Source: the human T2T-CHM13v2.0 reference genome, Homo sapiens. Taken from it: a DNA stretch of 64,000 nucleotides. The notes beneath the pieces were generated by a model. That model made no database searches. It saw only the letters and a list, made by a program, of their open reading frames with translations, and was not told the DNA's origin. The DNA lies in NCBI RefSeq assembly GCF_009914755.1, contig NC_060929.1; one strand, 5' to 3'. The translations under genes were made by a program, and so were the position numbers. How positions within the stretch are numbered: position 1 is the first letter of the stretch; each line of letters begins with the position of its first letter. Positions 27,262-42,000 of the stretch are shown here, in pieces.

Positions 27262-30200
27262 GCATATTTGTTTCTTGTTCTTCTGTGGCTGTGATACTTG
27301 ATTTTCTTATCTCCAGTCATTTATATATTTGTGTGTTTTTAGATGAAGATTAATGCCAGAGAATTCAGAACTGAAATTTCATATACTTAGAAAATTTTTG
27401 ATTACTTTCAATTTATTCTGGAAGAAAAATGGATGTATTTTACATTTTAATATATTCTGGCTCTTGCTGGGATATAGCATCATAAAATTCAAAATGCTGT
27501 AAAGTGGTGTCCATTTGAAAGCAGAGGAAATTCTAATTCTATGTAAATCAAAACAATATTATACTACTGATATTTTAAATAAATAATCTAGACTCTGTTA
27601 CACATCACAGGGCAGAGACCAGCCATCTAAGTCTCACAGCAACATTTTCATCCTCCCCTCCTTCTACCAGTGGCATTACCTGGAGGTTATAAGACTCCTT
27701 TCAGCACTAACAATCAATATATAATAATTAATAAATTAATTAATAAATTAGCTGATCAACATATAGTATTTACTGACCATTCTCTCTTTGTATAAGATAC
27801 TGGGACAGGCATTATGAGAGAAAAAAATATATATATATAGATCACAATTACTATAAACTTAAAATCTAGTCAGAAAAAATAAAATAAGTTAAAATGTAAC
27901 ATACTAATGACAACTCAATGTTGACAGCATGTAAGCTAATATTTTGGTTTAGCAGTATGAGCCATATGCTTTGAAAGTGATTCTTTGCCAACTGTTCTGT
28001 GGTCTTCATTAATTTCCATTAAACTGCTACGATTTGGAATCTTATGGGGGAAATAGGAGATGTCATACTTCTTTCTAGCATAAATTGAATCAGATAGGGA
28101 TCTGCATTTTACACTCTTATTTCTCCCTATCTTAGCCTTCAGGATACCAAAGTTATGTGACTTACAGAATTAGGTCCCTAAAGGGCAACACACTCAGGAA
28201 ACTTAATTGCTCTGTATACCCAAAGTGAAAATCTAAAACTTTTGAGATTGTTTGACCCTAAAAAAAAGGACTTATTGTTCAGTCTTCTTAGCATTTGTAC
28301 AGGAGGTCTCTATTCTGCGGCTACTGAGATATCACATTTTTTGAGTTAAAGTTATGTAAAAACATGTCTTCTCTGAACCTCCAGTATGAAATTCACAATC
28401 CATCAGATTAAGTTGGAAATCCTTAGGTTTTCTATGAAATCAGTGTCTTCCTTCAGTCCTTATGTGTAGGCCTATGAAAAGAATGTGAGCAACATGCTAT
28501 AAATTTGGAATACTTTCATCAACTTAACAGGGAAGAATATTCATAGTATAATCTCTTCTTTCTGGATAATTAGTAGATGTGCTATAATATCACCACATTG
28601 GCTAGAATAGAACTCATACAATAAACCTTGATGAGTAAGAGTGGAAAGATGTTAGGAGATTTAATGAGATAAAAGATTCCTAGTTTCCTCTGAGACTTGC
28701 CTTTTTGGTTTTTGTTCTGTGGTTTTCCATTAAGTCTACCAAGAAAGGAAGAAACATGGTGAATCACACAGTTCTATACATATGTACATATATCTGTGTA
28801 TATCTATCTAATCTACATAAAAATTTATATATAAATGTATTCAAAAATAATGACATAATATAGACTGCTTCCTTTTGTCAATGTCCTATGATGTTAAATT
28901 CTGATATATAACATGATATTTTACTTAAACATTTGAACTAGATCTTGAATATATACATTTCATATATATGTCTATATAGACATACACAGATCCTGAATAT
29001 ACATATTTCTTTGTTAGGTATAAATGTTTTCGTTGTTAATTAAGTTAATGCTTACATTTGGCAAGCTTAATAAGGCTCACTATATTTTAGAAGAAATTTG
29101 ATGGTTTTGATGTATTCATTTTATTTTAGGCTTTGCCTTTTTTTCTCAAATCTTTCCAGGAATAATTTTAATGTTGGGTATTTTAGAGTAAGATTTTCTG
29201 TTAGCACTATGTAGTGACTTTGATTCCATGTTTGAATTATTTTCATATGACTTAACATTTTAACTGCTGACCACTTCCTGCAAAGTTTGAGAGGACAGCT
29301 CTCTGTATGCAAGAAAATAATGGTTCTATATGTAATATAAAGAAAAACAATATGTAATTAAATGGAAATGCCCTCTGAAGGATTTAGTATTTTTTAGGCA
29401 AACAAAATTTCTACACAATGTGAAAATCATTGCATTTTTGAATTATACTAGAGTAGCAGGTTAATTTTGCTATTTTCTTATTTTAGAGATGAGATAATGG
29501 GGGCACAAGAATATTATGCAAATTGTTTGGGGGTTCCAATTTAGAGCCAGAACATGTGACAGTTTAGGTCTCTTTACATATGTGTGGATTCTCTTCTTAA
29601 TCTGCCCAAGGTTGAGCTAGTTTTGAATCCTTCTACTTCCATTCACAATCATTATTGGGGCTTGCAAATTTCATGTCATAAATTTAACTTTTATCTCCTC
29701 TGCAAATAGACTTTGCACATCGTGTTTATTTTGAGTGAATAAATGATCTCCTTTCAGATCATTCTTTTTAGTGGTAACAGAGGAACTGAAAAAGTAGTAA
29801 GAAATTATGGTACAAATACTTTTATCTTCCTTAATGTCATAATATTTGGTTGTTCAATTTGAGAAGTTTCATTTAAAATGACACATAACATGTATTTTAT
29901 TTTAACTTGAAATATAGATATACACTCATTGGCCAATTTTTTATGTTAATGCAAGGCCTTTTAAAATTATGAAAGTATGAGTCTTCAGATTAGAGCCCAT
30001 ATCTTCCTTGAATAAACCATAATATTAATGACTTTGTTTGGGTTTCTTTAAACTGGAATAAGAAATATTTATGAAGACAACAGAGTGTACAATCCTTTTG
30101 GAGTTTTACAATTGTATTCAAACATTAGTAGTTTTCTTACCCTTGTCTATTTGCTTTTTTCTAACATTTTTATCTTGGTTTTCTTTTTTTATACTCATTA

Positions 30201-31844
30201 CTGTAATTACTTAATTAAATTATTAGTGTGTTTTACTGCCCTAAACATATTTGGGATGATCTAAGGTAAATATACAATTCGACAATTGGAGCAGGAAAAC
30301 ATATATGTACTAGGGAGTGCATCCAACCTAATTAATGCCATAGATAACAGACATGACAGAGAACAGAGAGAGCATTAGTATTCTGGCAAGCTGTTTCAAT
30401 GATGGTTGTTTATGAAAGCCTCTTCTGAATTTAGCATTTCTCTTTAAGGTTAATTGGAAAAATAACGTCTTTATTAGGTGAGAATACGAAGAAATTCTTA
30501 AGCTTAAACTCTTCAAGGCTTCACTGACTTCTGCTCTGCTACCTGGATTAATCTGATTTGTAGACGTCAAGTTTCTTAAGTAAATCACCAATTTCTAGAG
30601 AAGTTTTTGTATCAGAAACTGTTTTGAAGGTCTGCTGAAGGACATTAAATCTCTTCCCCTCACTTAAACACACACAACCATGCACGCACAGAATTGCTAA
30701 ATGAAATACCACTGGAATTAGATTGCCTGAAGTAGAAATTTGTTAATTTTGAGGCAATATACTTAATTTTTCATCATAAAATGGGTAGAATAATAGCATC
30801 TAATTATAAGTTTACTATTATGAGTATCAGAAAAGTAAAGTATTTGGCTCAATTTTTGTCTCATAAGTTATAATAGAATATAAAAATAAAAATAATGTTA
30901 TCAAAAATTATATCTTATGAGTTAACCCTTCTAAGGTGTTTTAAATGATGCTGATAAACTATTGGCTATATTTTCTGATGGTGTTTAGACTATTACAATT
31001 GATGAACATAATTATGCTTTTGTTTTTATGCAAAATTAGTAGACATATCCTACAAAAAGTTGAATTAAATTCATAATTATAGAAATAAAACAATGATGAC
31101 ACTCTCATTGTCCTCTAAAGTAAATTTTTAATACAGAGATTACTGTTTTTTACTTTGCATATGAAATTGAAATTGTGAAATTGATATGGCAACATGCCTG
31201 TCACTTTTGACAGTTATTTTTGACTTTTTTTTCTTTTGAAGGACAACAAATGACTCACAAAAGTTACCCTTATTCAAAACAGTTGTATTCAGAACCAAAG
31301 TTCCCCTTGCCAGAGGAGGTTGGGCAATACACATCAGAATTCTGCATGCCTATTCTAGGCAATGCAGAATTTCAATTTGGTCATTTTATTTAGTTTTAGT
31401 TAATGCTGTTGTTTTTGGTCAGCACTGATGTCCTTGGATGAGACACAATGTTTCTCTACTGTGATAGGCCGGAGAAAGACCTAGTTCCTAGGGGTCTGTT
31501 TTATGTTTTAAAGTCTATATACCCAACCTATTTTCACACTGGTGAGCTGCCCACAATGGAAGAATGAAAAATTTATAGAATTGGGCATTTCTACCCTGGC
31601 ATCTGTCAGTGACAACATAACTCTCATCAATCCAATTCATGATGAGTTTATACTACTAATAAATAATTACACAAAGCCATGTGAAGTCTTCCAAAAAAAA
31701 AAGGTGCTTAGGTTCCTGTTTGGCTATACATAACCTGACTCGAAGGAAGCTGAAAAAAAATGTTTAATTTCTGCCTCTTCCGTTGCGGAAAAAGAAGCAA
31801 GCTCTCTTCATTTTTCCAATTCTGGTTTGAGTTCAAAAAATTCA

Positions 31845-31992
31845 CTGGACTAGGATCACAAACCTGTGTGCCAGGCCTGGCTCTTCCTCTCTCTAGCTTT
31901 GCACAAGATACTTGAAACTCTGGTACTTTAATTTCCCTTCTGTGAAATGATAGCTGGGCCAGATGATATCTAAGGCATTTTTGACTCTACAA
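31845..31992 (+). mobile_element. MIR/MIR3 fragment
   Basis: 'TTTCCCTTCTGTGAAATGA..GGGCCAGATGATATCTAAGG..GACTCTA'. Confidence 0.6.
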
Positions 31993-33019
31993 ATAAAAAT
32001 CTGTTCCCCCCTTTTCAAATCTAGCTCATAAAATTCAGCTAAATTATATTGGTCTTTGAATATCATGACTTGGAAAGTAACTGCCTGTGCAATTTTTAAG
32101 AAATAAAATAAATTATCTCATGTAGCAAATCTATTGGGCTTGCCCTACTTTGCTTTATTTTATAATCTTGGCCTTGGATATAGACCATAATGGAAAGTCA
32201 GCTTACAATAGGGTGCATTCTATTGTGTGAAGACCTGATTTTGCCTTGGCAGGGGACTGATTCAATAATGGAAAGGGCTTCTTCCATTCACAATATGTAT
32301 AACTTACAGAGAATGTTTGAAAGTTTCTCTGTATGCCTATGATAATATCAGAGTGGCTCTGAATATGCAGTTCACAGAATAATTCAGACCCAACAAATCT
32401 AATGACTCCCAATATGAGGGGTTGTCAGTGGCACAGGTGTTTTTCTTATCACTTGATGTCTAAATTATGTAGGCTGCCTATATATGTTTAAGAGATGAAT
32501 GAGGCTTGTAACTAGATTATCCTAAGAGACAACCTAGACTTTTAGGGATTTTCTAATTTGTGTTCAATTTACATATCTTTTTCGGCTGATTTTACCTTAA
32601 TTCCCAAGAACCTCTAGTTTTAGTCAAAGTAATGCTTGTAATGAACTTCCTCTGCTGAGAACCAATATCCGTGGCCTGATAGAAGAACTATACAACAACC
32701 TGTGCTTTAGGAAGAAAATATATGTCATTGGGTTTATGGTGTAATAAGATTTGCTTCTTTCATGGTTCAAGGCATTTGCAGTTCATCAATCACAAACTGT
32801 TAATGGAAGCTGATTTCCATTTTTCCTCCTTAGATGTTTTTCTGAATTGGTGGGTCAAAAGCAAATGTTGAAGCCACAAATTCATGAATTAGCCTTGTAC
32901 TTGGGAAATAAGCATAGTTATGTGGAGACCAAAAAACAATATTTGATGTCTCAGAGCTGCTACTGGAAGCCAGATGATCTTTTAAAAATGGAAATCATAT
33001 CAGACCACTACTATTTAAG

Positions 33020-33500
33020 TCCCCTTGATGGTTTCCCATTTCCTACCGCATAAAATAGACTTAACTAACCAAGAGCAACAAGGACTTACCTTACAGCATT
33101 CTGCCTAAACATGTGACTTTTTCCCCCTTTCTACCACTTCTTTGTCAATAAGCTTCAGCTATTCAGACCTTTTTTTGGATTCCAGGAACACACTAAGCTC
33201 TTTCCTACCTTAAGGCCAAGAATTTGTAGTTTATTCTGCCTTAAATACTTGTCCTCAAGATTTTAGCATGGTAGAGTCTTCCTGATCATTCAGATCTTAT
33301 TTTAAATGTCACTTAATGAAGATCATTCAGCTCAAAGTAGGTCTCCAGACATTACCACATACTTTATTTTCTACATAGCAGATAGAGCAAGTATCCCATT
33401 ATTTTCTTGGTTTTTGTTTGATTGTTGTGTTTTCCGTCTCTTACATTAGCACAAGAGCATGTAGCTGTTGCTCAATAAATATATGAAATGAGAAAAATCA
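33020..33500 (+). mobile_element. L2 3' fragment
   Basis: 'TCATTCAGATCTTATTTTAAATGTCAC' and the end 'GCTCAATAAATATATGAAATGA'. Confidence 0.6.
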
Positions 33501-33559
33501 ATGAACATATTACATTTAAACCTCTAAGTTGCTTTTAGCTTTTATATTATTTTTCATAA

Positions 33560-33758
33560 AAATATGTATGTATAAATATAAATGCATAGATTATATACAA
33601 TAACGTGCTTTTATAAAAAACATATAAATTATGAATTTATTATAAAAGTATATAATTACATATATAAATTTTATAAACTAGATTATATAAAGATTATAGA
33701 GAGATTATATATAAGGTATATAAAAGATTTATTATATATAAAGATTATATATATAGAT
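33560..33758. repeat. AT-rich low-complexity tract with degenerate AGATTATATA units
   Basis: Read directly from the sequence; abuts the 3' side of the L1MC. Confidence 0.75.
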
Positions 33759-36160
33759 TAGGGTTCACTCTTGGTGTCATATATTCTATAGGTTTGGATA
33801 AATGCATGCTGGCATGTATCTGCCATTATAGTATCATACAGAATAGTTTCACCGACTTAAAAATTGCCTGTGCACTGCTTATTTATTTTTCCCCCAACCC
33901 CTGGCAACCACAGACGTTTTTACTGTCTGCAGAGCTTTGCGTTTTTTGGAATGTCATATACTTGGAATCATACAGGATGCAGCCTTTTGAGACTGGCTTC
34001 TTTACTCAGCAATATGCATTTAAGTTTCCTACTTGTCTTTTCATGGCCTGATAGTTCATTTCTTTTTAGCACTGAATAATATTCCATTGTCTGAATGTAC
34101 CACAGTTTACACCACCTATTGACGAACATTTTTATTGCTTTCAAGTTTTAGCAATTATCAATAAAGCTGCTATAGACATCCACGTGCAGGGTTTTTTGTA
34201 CATACAAGTTCTCAACTCCTTTGGGTGAATATCAAGGAACATGATTGCTGGGTTATATGATAAAAGTACATTTAGTTTTGTAGGAAACCGCCAAACTGTC
34301 TTCCAAAGTGGTTGTATCATTTTGGATTACCAGTAGCAGTGGATGAGAGTTCCCATTGTTTCACATCCTCACCAGCATTTGGTGTAGTCAGTGTTCTGAA
34401 TTTTGGAATTTCTAATAGGTGTGTAGTGGTAGGCCATGATTGTTTTAACTTGTGTTTCCCTGATGAAATATGATGTCAGATCATAAAAGATAATTTTCAT
34501 ATACTTATTTTCCATCTATATATTTTCTTTGGTGAGGTATCTGTTAAGATATTTGGCTTATTTTTGATCAGATTCGTTATGTTCTTGTTGAGTTTCAAGA
34601 GTTCTTTGTATGTCTTGGGTAACAGTTCATTATCAGATGTGTCTTCTGCAAATATTTTCTCCCATTCTGTAACTTGTCCTTTCATTCTCTTGACGATGTC
34701 TTTTGCAGAGAGAAATTTTTAAATCATAATAAAGTCCAGTTTATCAATTACTTCTTTCATGGATCATGCCTTTGGTGATTATCTAAAAAGCATTGCCAAC
34801 CCCAAGGGAATTTAGATTTTTTCCTAAGTTGTCATCCAGGAGTTTTATAATTTTGCATTTTAAATATAGATACAGATTCCATTTTGAGTTAATTTTTTTG
34901 AAGTGTGTAAGGTCTATGTCTTGATTCATTTATTTTTGCATGTGTGTGTCCAGTTATTCCAACACCATTTGCTGAAAAAGCTCTTTTCTCCATTGTATTT
35001 CCTTTCCTCCTTTGTCAAAAGTCTGTTGACTATATTTATGTGGGACTATTTATGAACTTTCCATTCTGTTCCATTGTTCTATTTGTCTATTCTTGTGCGA
35101 ATAACTTCCTGATTGTCCTGATTACTGTAGCTTTGATTATCATCTTAAAATAGGGTAGTGTTACTCTTCGAACTTTGTTCTTCTACTTCAATATTGTGTT
35201 AGTAATTCTGGATCTTTTGCTTCTCCACATACACTTTAAAATCAGTGTGAAAATATTCACAAAATAACTTGCTGGGATTTCGATTGGGACTGTATACTGA
35301 CAATTGATATTGGATCTTTCTATCCATAACATGGCATATCTCTAGTTAGTTATTTGATTTCTTTCATCAGAGTTTTGTAGTTTTCTCATAAACATTTTGT
35401 ACATATTTTGTCAGATTTATTTCATTTTCATTTTTGGGATTTCTAATATAAGTGTTATTGTGTTTTTAATTTCAAATTTCAATCAGTCATTTCTAGTATA
35501 TAGGAAAGTGATTGACTGAAGTGTATTAACCTTGCATCCTGCAACCTGATAAAATTACTTGTGAGTGTCAGCAGTTTTTTTGTTGATTCTTTCAGATTTT
35601 CTACCTAGAGAATCACATCAACTGCAAACAAAATAGTTTTATTTTTTCCTTCCCTATCTGTATACTTTTTATTTCCTGTTCTTATCATATTGTATTAGGT
35701 AGAGATTCCAGTAGATGTTGAAAAGAAGTAGTGAAAGGAGCCATCCTTGCCTTTTTCCTAATTTTAGTAGAAAAGCTTTGAATTTCTCAGGTCTAAGCTT
35801 AATGTTAGCCCTCAGGTTTTTGTAGATTTTTAGAAACCAAAATGAGGAAGCTTCCCTCCACTTCTAGTTTATGGGGAGTTTTTACTATGAATGGATATTA
35901 GATTTTGTCAAATGTTTTTTCTGTATCTATGTTTATTACCATGTAATTTTTCTTCTTTAGCCTGTTTATGTGATAGATTACATTAATTGATTTTCAAATG
36001 TTGAATTAGGTTTGCATACCTGGAAAAAATCCCTCTTGGTCATGGTGTATAACTCTTTGTATACACTGTTGGACTTGATTTGCTAGTATTTTGTTGAGAA
36101 CTTTTTCATCTATGTTCACGAGATGTATTGGTCTGTGGTTTTCTTGTAATATCTTTCTCT
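33757..36160 (-). mobile_element. L1MC1/2-type 3' UTR plus decayed ORF2
   Basis: 'TTAGGGTTCACTCTTGGTG..CCATTATAGTATCATACAGAATAGTTTCAC'; ORF2 peptide 'EWEKIFA...YKELLKLNK'. Confidence 0.85.
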
Positions 36161-36286
36161 GGTGGCTCATATTTTTAAACTCAAGATATTTTTGGTGGAT
36201 GTCTTATTTTTAAATATTGTCAATAAGATAGAGTGTTGGAACTACAGAGAAGCTGTAAAGAGAATTAACTTTCCTCTTATTGGTGT

Positions 36287-36314
36287 ACACACACACACAC
36301 ACACACACACACAC
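36287..36314. repeat. (AC)14 microsatellite
   Basis: Read directly from the sequence. Confidence 0.95.
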
Positions 36315-36514
36315 TCAACTGAATTCAACTATGTTCAAGCTTTCCTTAATATTCTACTTGATCCTTGTTTAAACTAAAAGTGAGAATACGGTTATGTATT
36401 TTCTCCACATATTTCCAAAGGGGCAATTTTGATTTTTTTCATCTCAGCTTATGAAATCAAAAGTCTGATGAATATCTTCCAATCTTCGGAAGATTTTTTC
36501 CTATTTTTTAAAAT

Positions 36515-38530
36515 AAACTTTTAAATTTTAGAATAGTTTTTTTATTTACAGAAAAGTGCTCCTGTGTGCCCCACATCTAATTTCCCCTATTGTTAAAATC
36601 TCAGATTAATATGGCACATTTTTTACAACAAATAATGATACAATATTATTAAACAAAGTGCATACATTATTCAGATTTCCTTAGGTTTTATTTGATGTTC
36701 TTCAATACCACATTAGACACTTCTAAGCTATGAAAGTTTCTAACACTGTCCTTGTTTTTGATGACCTTGAAGTTTTTGAGGAGTACTAGTTTTGAGTAGT
36801 ACCAGTGAAGTATTTTGTCGTATTCCTGAAATAGAATTTTTCAGGTAATTTTGTTATAATTACACTGAGTTTTCGGGAAGATCACAAAGACAAAGTACAA
36901 TTTTCAGCATATTATATCAAAAGTACAAACTACCAGTATGACATCTAATTAATGATGTTTACTCTGAGAATCTGGAAAGTTATTATTTTCTCCTTTTTCC
37001 ATGCGTTTTTCTCTTCTTTGTATACTCTTGGAAAGAAGTTGTTATGCATAGCCCCAAATTAAGGAGTAGGGAGTGCCATAGCCAAGAAACCATTACCTAA
37101 CCCAGGATCATAAAGATTTACTCCTATGTTTTCTTTAAGAGTTTTGTGATTTTAACTCTTACATTTAGGACTATAAACCATTTTGAATTTTTTTGTGTAT
37201 AAATATGCTAGTGGTCCTGGTTCATTCTTTTGCATGTGGATATCCAGTTGTCCCAGCACTACTTTTTGAAATGACTATTCTTTTCTCTTTCTTGGCACCT
37301 TTGTCAGAAATCAATTTACTGTAAATTTGATGGATTATTTCTGGACTCTCAGTTCTATAATCGATCTCCTGTGCTAGTGCTGCACTGTCTTGATCACTGC
37401 AGCTTTGTAATACATTTTGCAATTGGGATGTGTGACTCTTCCAAATTTGGTCTTTTTCAAGAATGCTTTGGTTATTCTGGGTCCTGTTAATTTTCATATA
37501 AATTTTTTAGAATCAGTGTGTCAATTTATTAAAAAAAAAAAACACCCAGCTTAGATTTTAGATTTTGGTAGGAATTATGTTGAATCTATAGAGCAGTTTG
37601 GGGAGTGTTGCTATCTTAACAAGGTTAAGTCTTCTGAACTATGAACTTGGGGTTCTTTCCATTTATTTAGATCTTTATAAATTTATTTCAACAATGTTTT
37701 GTGGTTTTTTTGTGTGCCAATATTGCATTTCTTTTTAAAATTCTATTTGTAAATTTATTTGTTGTATTTTAAAATTTTATTTATTTGAATTCTATGAGGT
37801 TTTGTAAAAAACTATTATTGAATTATTCATTTCTAATATATAGAAATACATTAATTTCCATATATTGATTTTGCATCCTAAGAGCTTAGCAAACTTGCTA
37901 AGCTTATTTATTCATTCTAATAGGTTTTTGTGTGTTTCTCATTATTTTCTATATACAGACAATTTCATCTCCAAATAGACTGGTTTTCTTCATTCTTTCC
38001 AATCTTCATGCCTTTTATTTTCTTGCATAATATCCCTGGATAGAACCTTGATTACAATTGAATATAAGTGGTAAGGGAAGATATCCCTAAGTTGTTCTGT
38101 ATCTTAGGAAATAAGATTCAATATTTTACCATTAAGAATGATATTAACCATGGATTTTTGTACATGCCCTTTACAATGCTGAGGAAGTTCCCTTGTATTC
38201 CTAGTTTGTTTCGTGTTTTTATCATGAAAGGATATTGGATTTTTAAAAAGCCCTTTTTCGGCATCTATTGAAGTGATCATATGTTTCCCCCCTGGATTCT
38301 ATTAATGGAATGTATTACTTGATTTGAGATTTTAAACTAACCATGCATCCCTGTCATAAATTCTACTTGGTCATGGTCTATAATCCTTTTTATATATTGC
38401 TTGGTGCCATTTGTTAATATTTTGTTAAGTATTTTTGCAACTATATTCAAGAGGGATATTTGTAATTTTCTTGTGATATTTTGTATGGATTTAGTATCAG
38501 GATAACACTTTCTTCATTGAATGATTTAGA
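36515..38530 (-). mobile_element. Old L1M block: L1MC3/4-like 3' UTR (about 36515-37075) plus ORF2 fragment (about 37076-38530)
   Basis: 'ATTTTAGAATAGTTTT..ATTTACAGAAAAG' and 'TGCATGTGGATATCCAGTTGTCCCAGCAC', 'TGAGGAAGTTCCCTTGTATTCCTAGTTTG'. Confidence 0.75.
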
Positions 38531-38534
38531 AATA

Positions 38535-39000
38535 GACTGTAGTTAGTAAGGGTGGGAAGACAATTGTATAAGCATGGAAACAAACGGTGCATTTGAATTA
38601 GTCTGTGCAGCAAATTATAATCACCTCGTGTAGACAGGTTACATCAGTGGTTAGAAGTAGTCAGATTTGTGATATATTTATGAATAGAGGTGTTGAGATT
38701 TGTTGGTGGATTAGATGTGAATTTGAAACAAAGAGAGAAACCAAAGATAACTTCCAAGTTTTGTTCTAAACAAATTCATGGATAATCTTAACATTTATGG
38801 AGGAGTCCTTGAGTATTAGTAGAGAAGTCAAGATTCCTAAGCCTGTTAAATTTGAAAGTCATAAAAATAAATACAAATTTAGGAATATCCAGCTCATTCA
38901 CAAATCAGTATTTCCTAGGCAAAGAGTAAATATAGAAAAGGGATGAAAACTGAAGATACCGTGGCTTGCTCCAACATTTGGAAATCAGGGGCAGCAGAAG
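38535..39000 (-). mobile_element. L2 fragment
   Basis: 'AGAAGTAGTCAGATT..GATATATTTT..GATTTGTTGGTGGATTAGATGTG..AAAGATAACTTCCAAGTTTTG'. Confidence 0.55.
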
Positions 39001-42000
39001 ACATGAAATGAAATCTATAAGTTGCATTATTTTAGATTTAGTTGTGTCCTAGCCTGAACATGAAGCACTTTATTTATTTATTTATTTTACTTTAGCATCT
39101 TCCAGCAATACAAAACGGTGGAAGTGTAGAGCAGAGAGTGTCTCTGGGTGGTGGGGAGGGAGAACACAGCAATTGTGAGGCATTGAACTCAGTGCTGTCC
39201 TATTAGAGCAGAAAGAAAAACTGGACCAAATTTAGCTGCTGCCTGCCCACAAAGAGAGCATTTAAACCAGCCCTAGGCAGAGGAGAATCACTGATTCCAG
39301 TAGTTCAAACTTGAGATCCCACAAACCTCATCACCAAGGGCTACAGCGCTCTGTGTCTCCAAGTAAACTTGAAAGGTAGTCTAGGCCGTAAGGACTGCAA
39401 TTCTTAGGCATGTTCCAGTACTGAACTAGGCCCAAAGACTGGGGACTGTGAGGACATGTGACATATTGTGATAGCCGCTGGGGCAGCCAAGGGAGTGCTG
39501 GCATCACCCCTCCCCTAACTCCCAGCTGTGCAGCTCACAGCTTCAAAAGAGAGCCTTTCCTTCCACTTGAAGAGAGGAGAGGGAAGAGTGGGGAAGACTT
39601 TATCTTACATTTTTTATACCAGCTCAGCCACAGTAAGATAGGGCACTGGTCAGAGTCTTAAGGCCCCCCATTCTAGGCCCTAGCTCCCAGACAACATTTC
39701 TAGACACATCCTGGGCCAGAAGGGAACCCTCTGCCTTGAAGGACCCAGTGCTTACATCATTCATCACCTGCTAACTGAAGAGCCCTTGGGCCGTGAATAA
39801 CCATCAGTGATACTCAGGTACTTGGTTGAGGGCCTTGAGTGAGCCTCTGAGACATGCTGGCTTCAGATGAGACTCAGCACGTTACCAGCTGTGGTGGCTA
39901 TGGGGCAAAACTCTGCTTCAGAAAAGCAGAGGGAAATGAAAGGGAATTTTGTCTTGTACTGTAGGTACCAGGACAGCCACAGGGTAGTAGAGCACCAAGT
40001 GGGCTCTTGGGATTCCTGATTCTAGGACTGGACTCTTTTGACAGCATTTCTGGAACTGCCCTGGGCCAGAGGGGAGCCCACTACACTGAAGGGTGAGTAC
40101 CAGGCTAGGAAGCATTTACCACAAACTGACTTAAGAGCCCTTGGGCTTTAAAGAACATTGCAGTAGTCTGGCAGTACACCTCATGGCCTGTGATGGCCAT
40201 AGGTGAGACTCCTCTGTCTTTAGAAATGGGAGGGAAGAGTGGGAAGAACGGAGTCTTGTGGTTTGACTGACAGCTCAGTCTCAGTACAGTAGAACACCAG
40301 GTAGACTTCTAAGGTTTCTGACTCTAGTCCCTGACTTCTGGACAGCACCTCAGGGACCCACTTGGGGGCTGGGGGACCTTACCTCCATGAAGGGAAGGAC
40401 ATAGCCCTGGCTGGCTTTGCCACTGGCTGATTGTAGAGCCCCAGGGCTTACAGCAAACTTAGGCAGTAGCCAGTGAGTGGTTTCAGCAGGCCTTGGGTGA
40501 GGCCCAGTGCTGTGCTGGCTTCAGGTCTGACAAGGCGCAGTAATAGCTGTGGTGGCCACAGCAGTGCTTATGTCACTCCACCCCCAGCTTAGGTTGCTAA
40601 GAATGGAGAGAGAGACTGTTTGGGAGAAAGAGAAGAGAATAACAGTCTGTGCCTCGTAATTCAGAGAATTTTCCCAGATCTAGTCCAAGACCACCAGGGC
40701 AGTATCTCTACAAGTTGGCAAGAACCACAGTGTTACTGAAGTTGGGGCCCTCCTAAAGCAGATACAGCTTAGGTCACAACACCAAAGTCCTTTCAAATAT
40801 CTGGAAAGCCTTCCCATGAAGGATGAGTACTATAAGCCCAGACTGTGAAGACTGTAATAAATACCTAATCCTTCAGTGCCCAGACATTGAAGAACATCTA
40901 CTAGCATCAGTACCATCCAGGAAACATGACTTCGTAAAATGAACCAAGTAAGGCACCAGGGACCAATCCTGGAGAAGCAGATATATGTGACCTTTCAGAC
41001 AGACCTTCAGGTAGCTGTGTTGGGGAAACTCAAAGAAATTCAAGTTAACACAGAGAAGAAATTCAGAATTCTATTGGATACATTTAACAAAGAGATTGAA
41101 ACAGTTAAGCAGAAGTTCTACAGTTGAAAAATGCAACTGACATACTGAAGAATGAATTTGAGGCTTTTAATAGCATAATTAAGTAGAAAAAGGAATTAGT
41201 GAGCCTGAAGACAGGCTGTTTGTAAATGCACAAGATTTAGAAAATAGCCTCAAAAGGGCAAATCTAAGAGTTATTGGCCTTAAAGAGGAGTAGAGAAAGA
41301 GATGGGGTAGATATTTTTATTCAGAGGAACAATATCAGAGAACTCCCCAAACCTAGAGAAAGATACTAACATTCAAGTATAAAGAAGGTTATACAACACC
41401 AAGGAGATTTAATCCAAATAATACTATCTCATGGCATTTAATAGTCAAACTCTTAATGGTGAAGAATAAAGAAAGGATCCTAAAAGCAACAAGAGAAAAG
41501 AAACAACATACAATGGAGCTCCAATACATCTGGCAGCAGACCTATCAGACTTTTCAATGGAAACCGTGCAGGCTGGGAGAGAGTGGCATGACATATTCAA
41601 AGTGCTGAATGAAAAAACTTTTACACTAGAATAGTATATGTGGTGAAATATCCTTCAAAATTGAAGGAGAAAAAAAGACTTTCTGAGACAAAAGCTGAGA
41701 TATTTTATTAACACAAGACTGGTCCTACAAGAAATGCTAAACGGAGTACTTTAGTCAGAAAGAAAAGGATGTTACTGAGCAATAAGAAATCATCTGAAGG
41801 TACAAAACTTGTAATAGCAAGTACACAGAAAAACACAGAATATGATAACACTGAATGTAATATAAAACTATAACTGTTGTGTGCCAACTATTCTTATCCT
41901 AAGAAGAAAGAATAAATGATGAACAGAATTTATAACACTAATAAATATGCTAATATGTTATTACATATTAACAGAATATAGCACTGTAACTATTGTGTGC

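Noticed and set aside
26935-27320. Poly-Leu and poly-Tyr ORFs
   Set aside because: They are translations of the (AAT)17 repeat inside an Alu.
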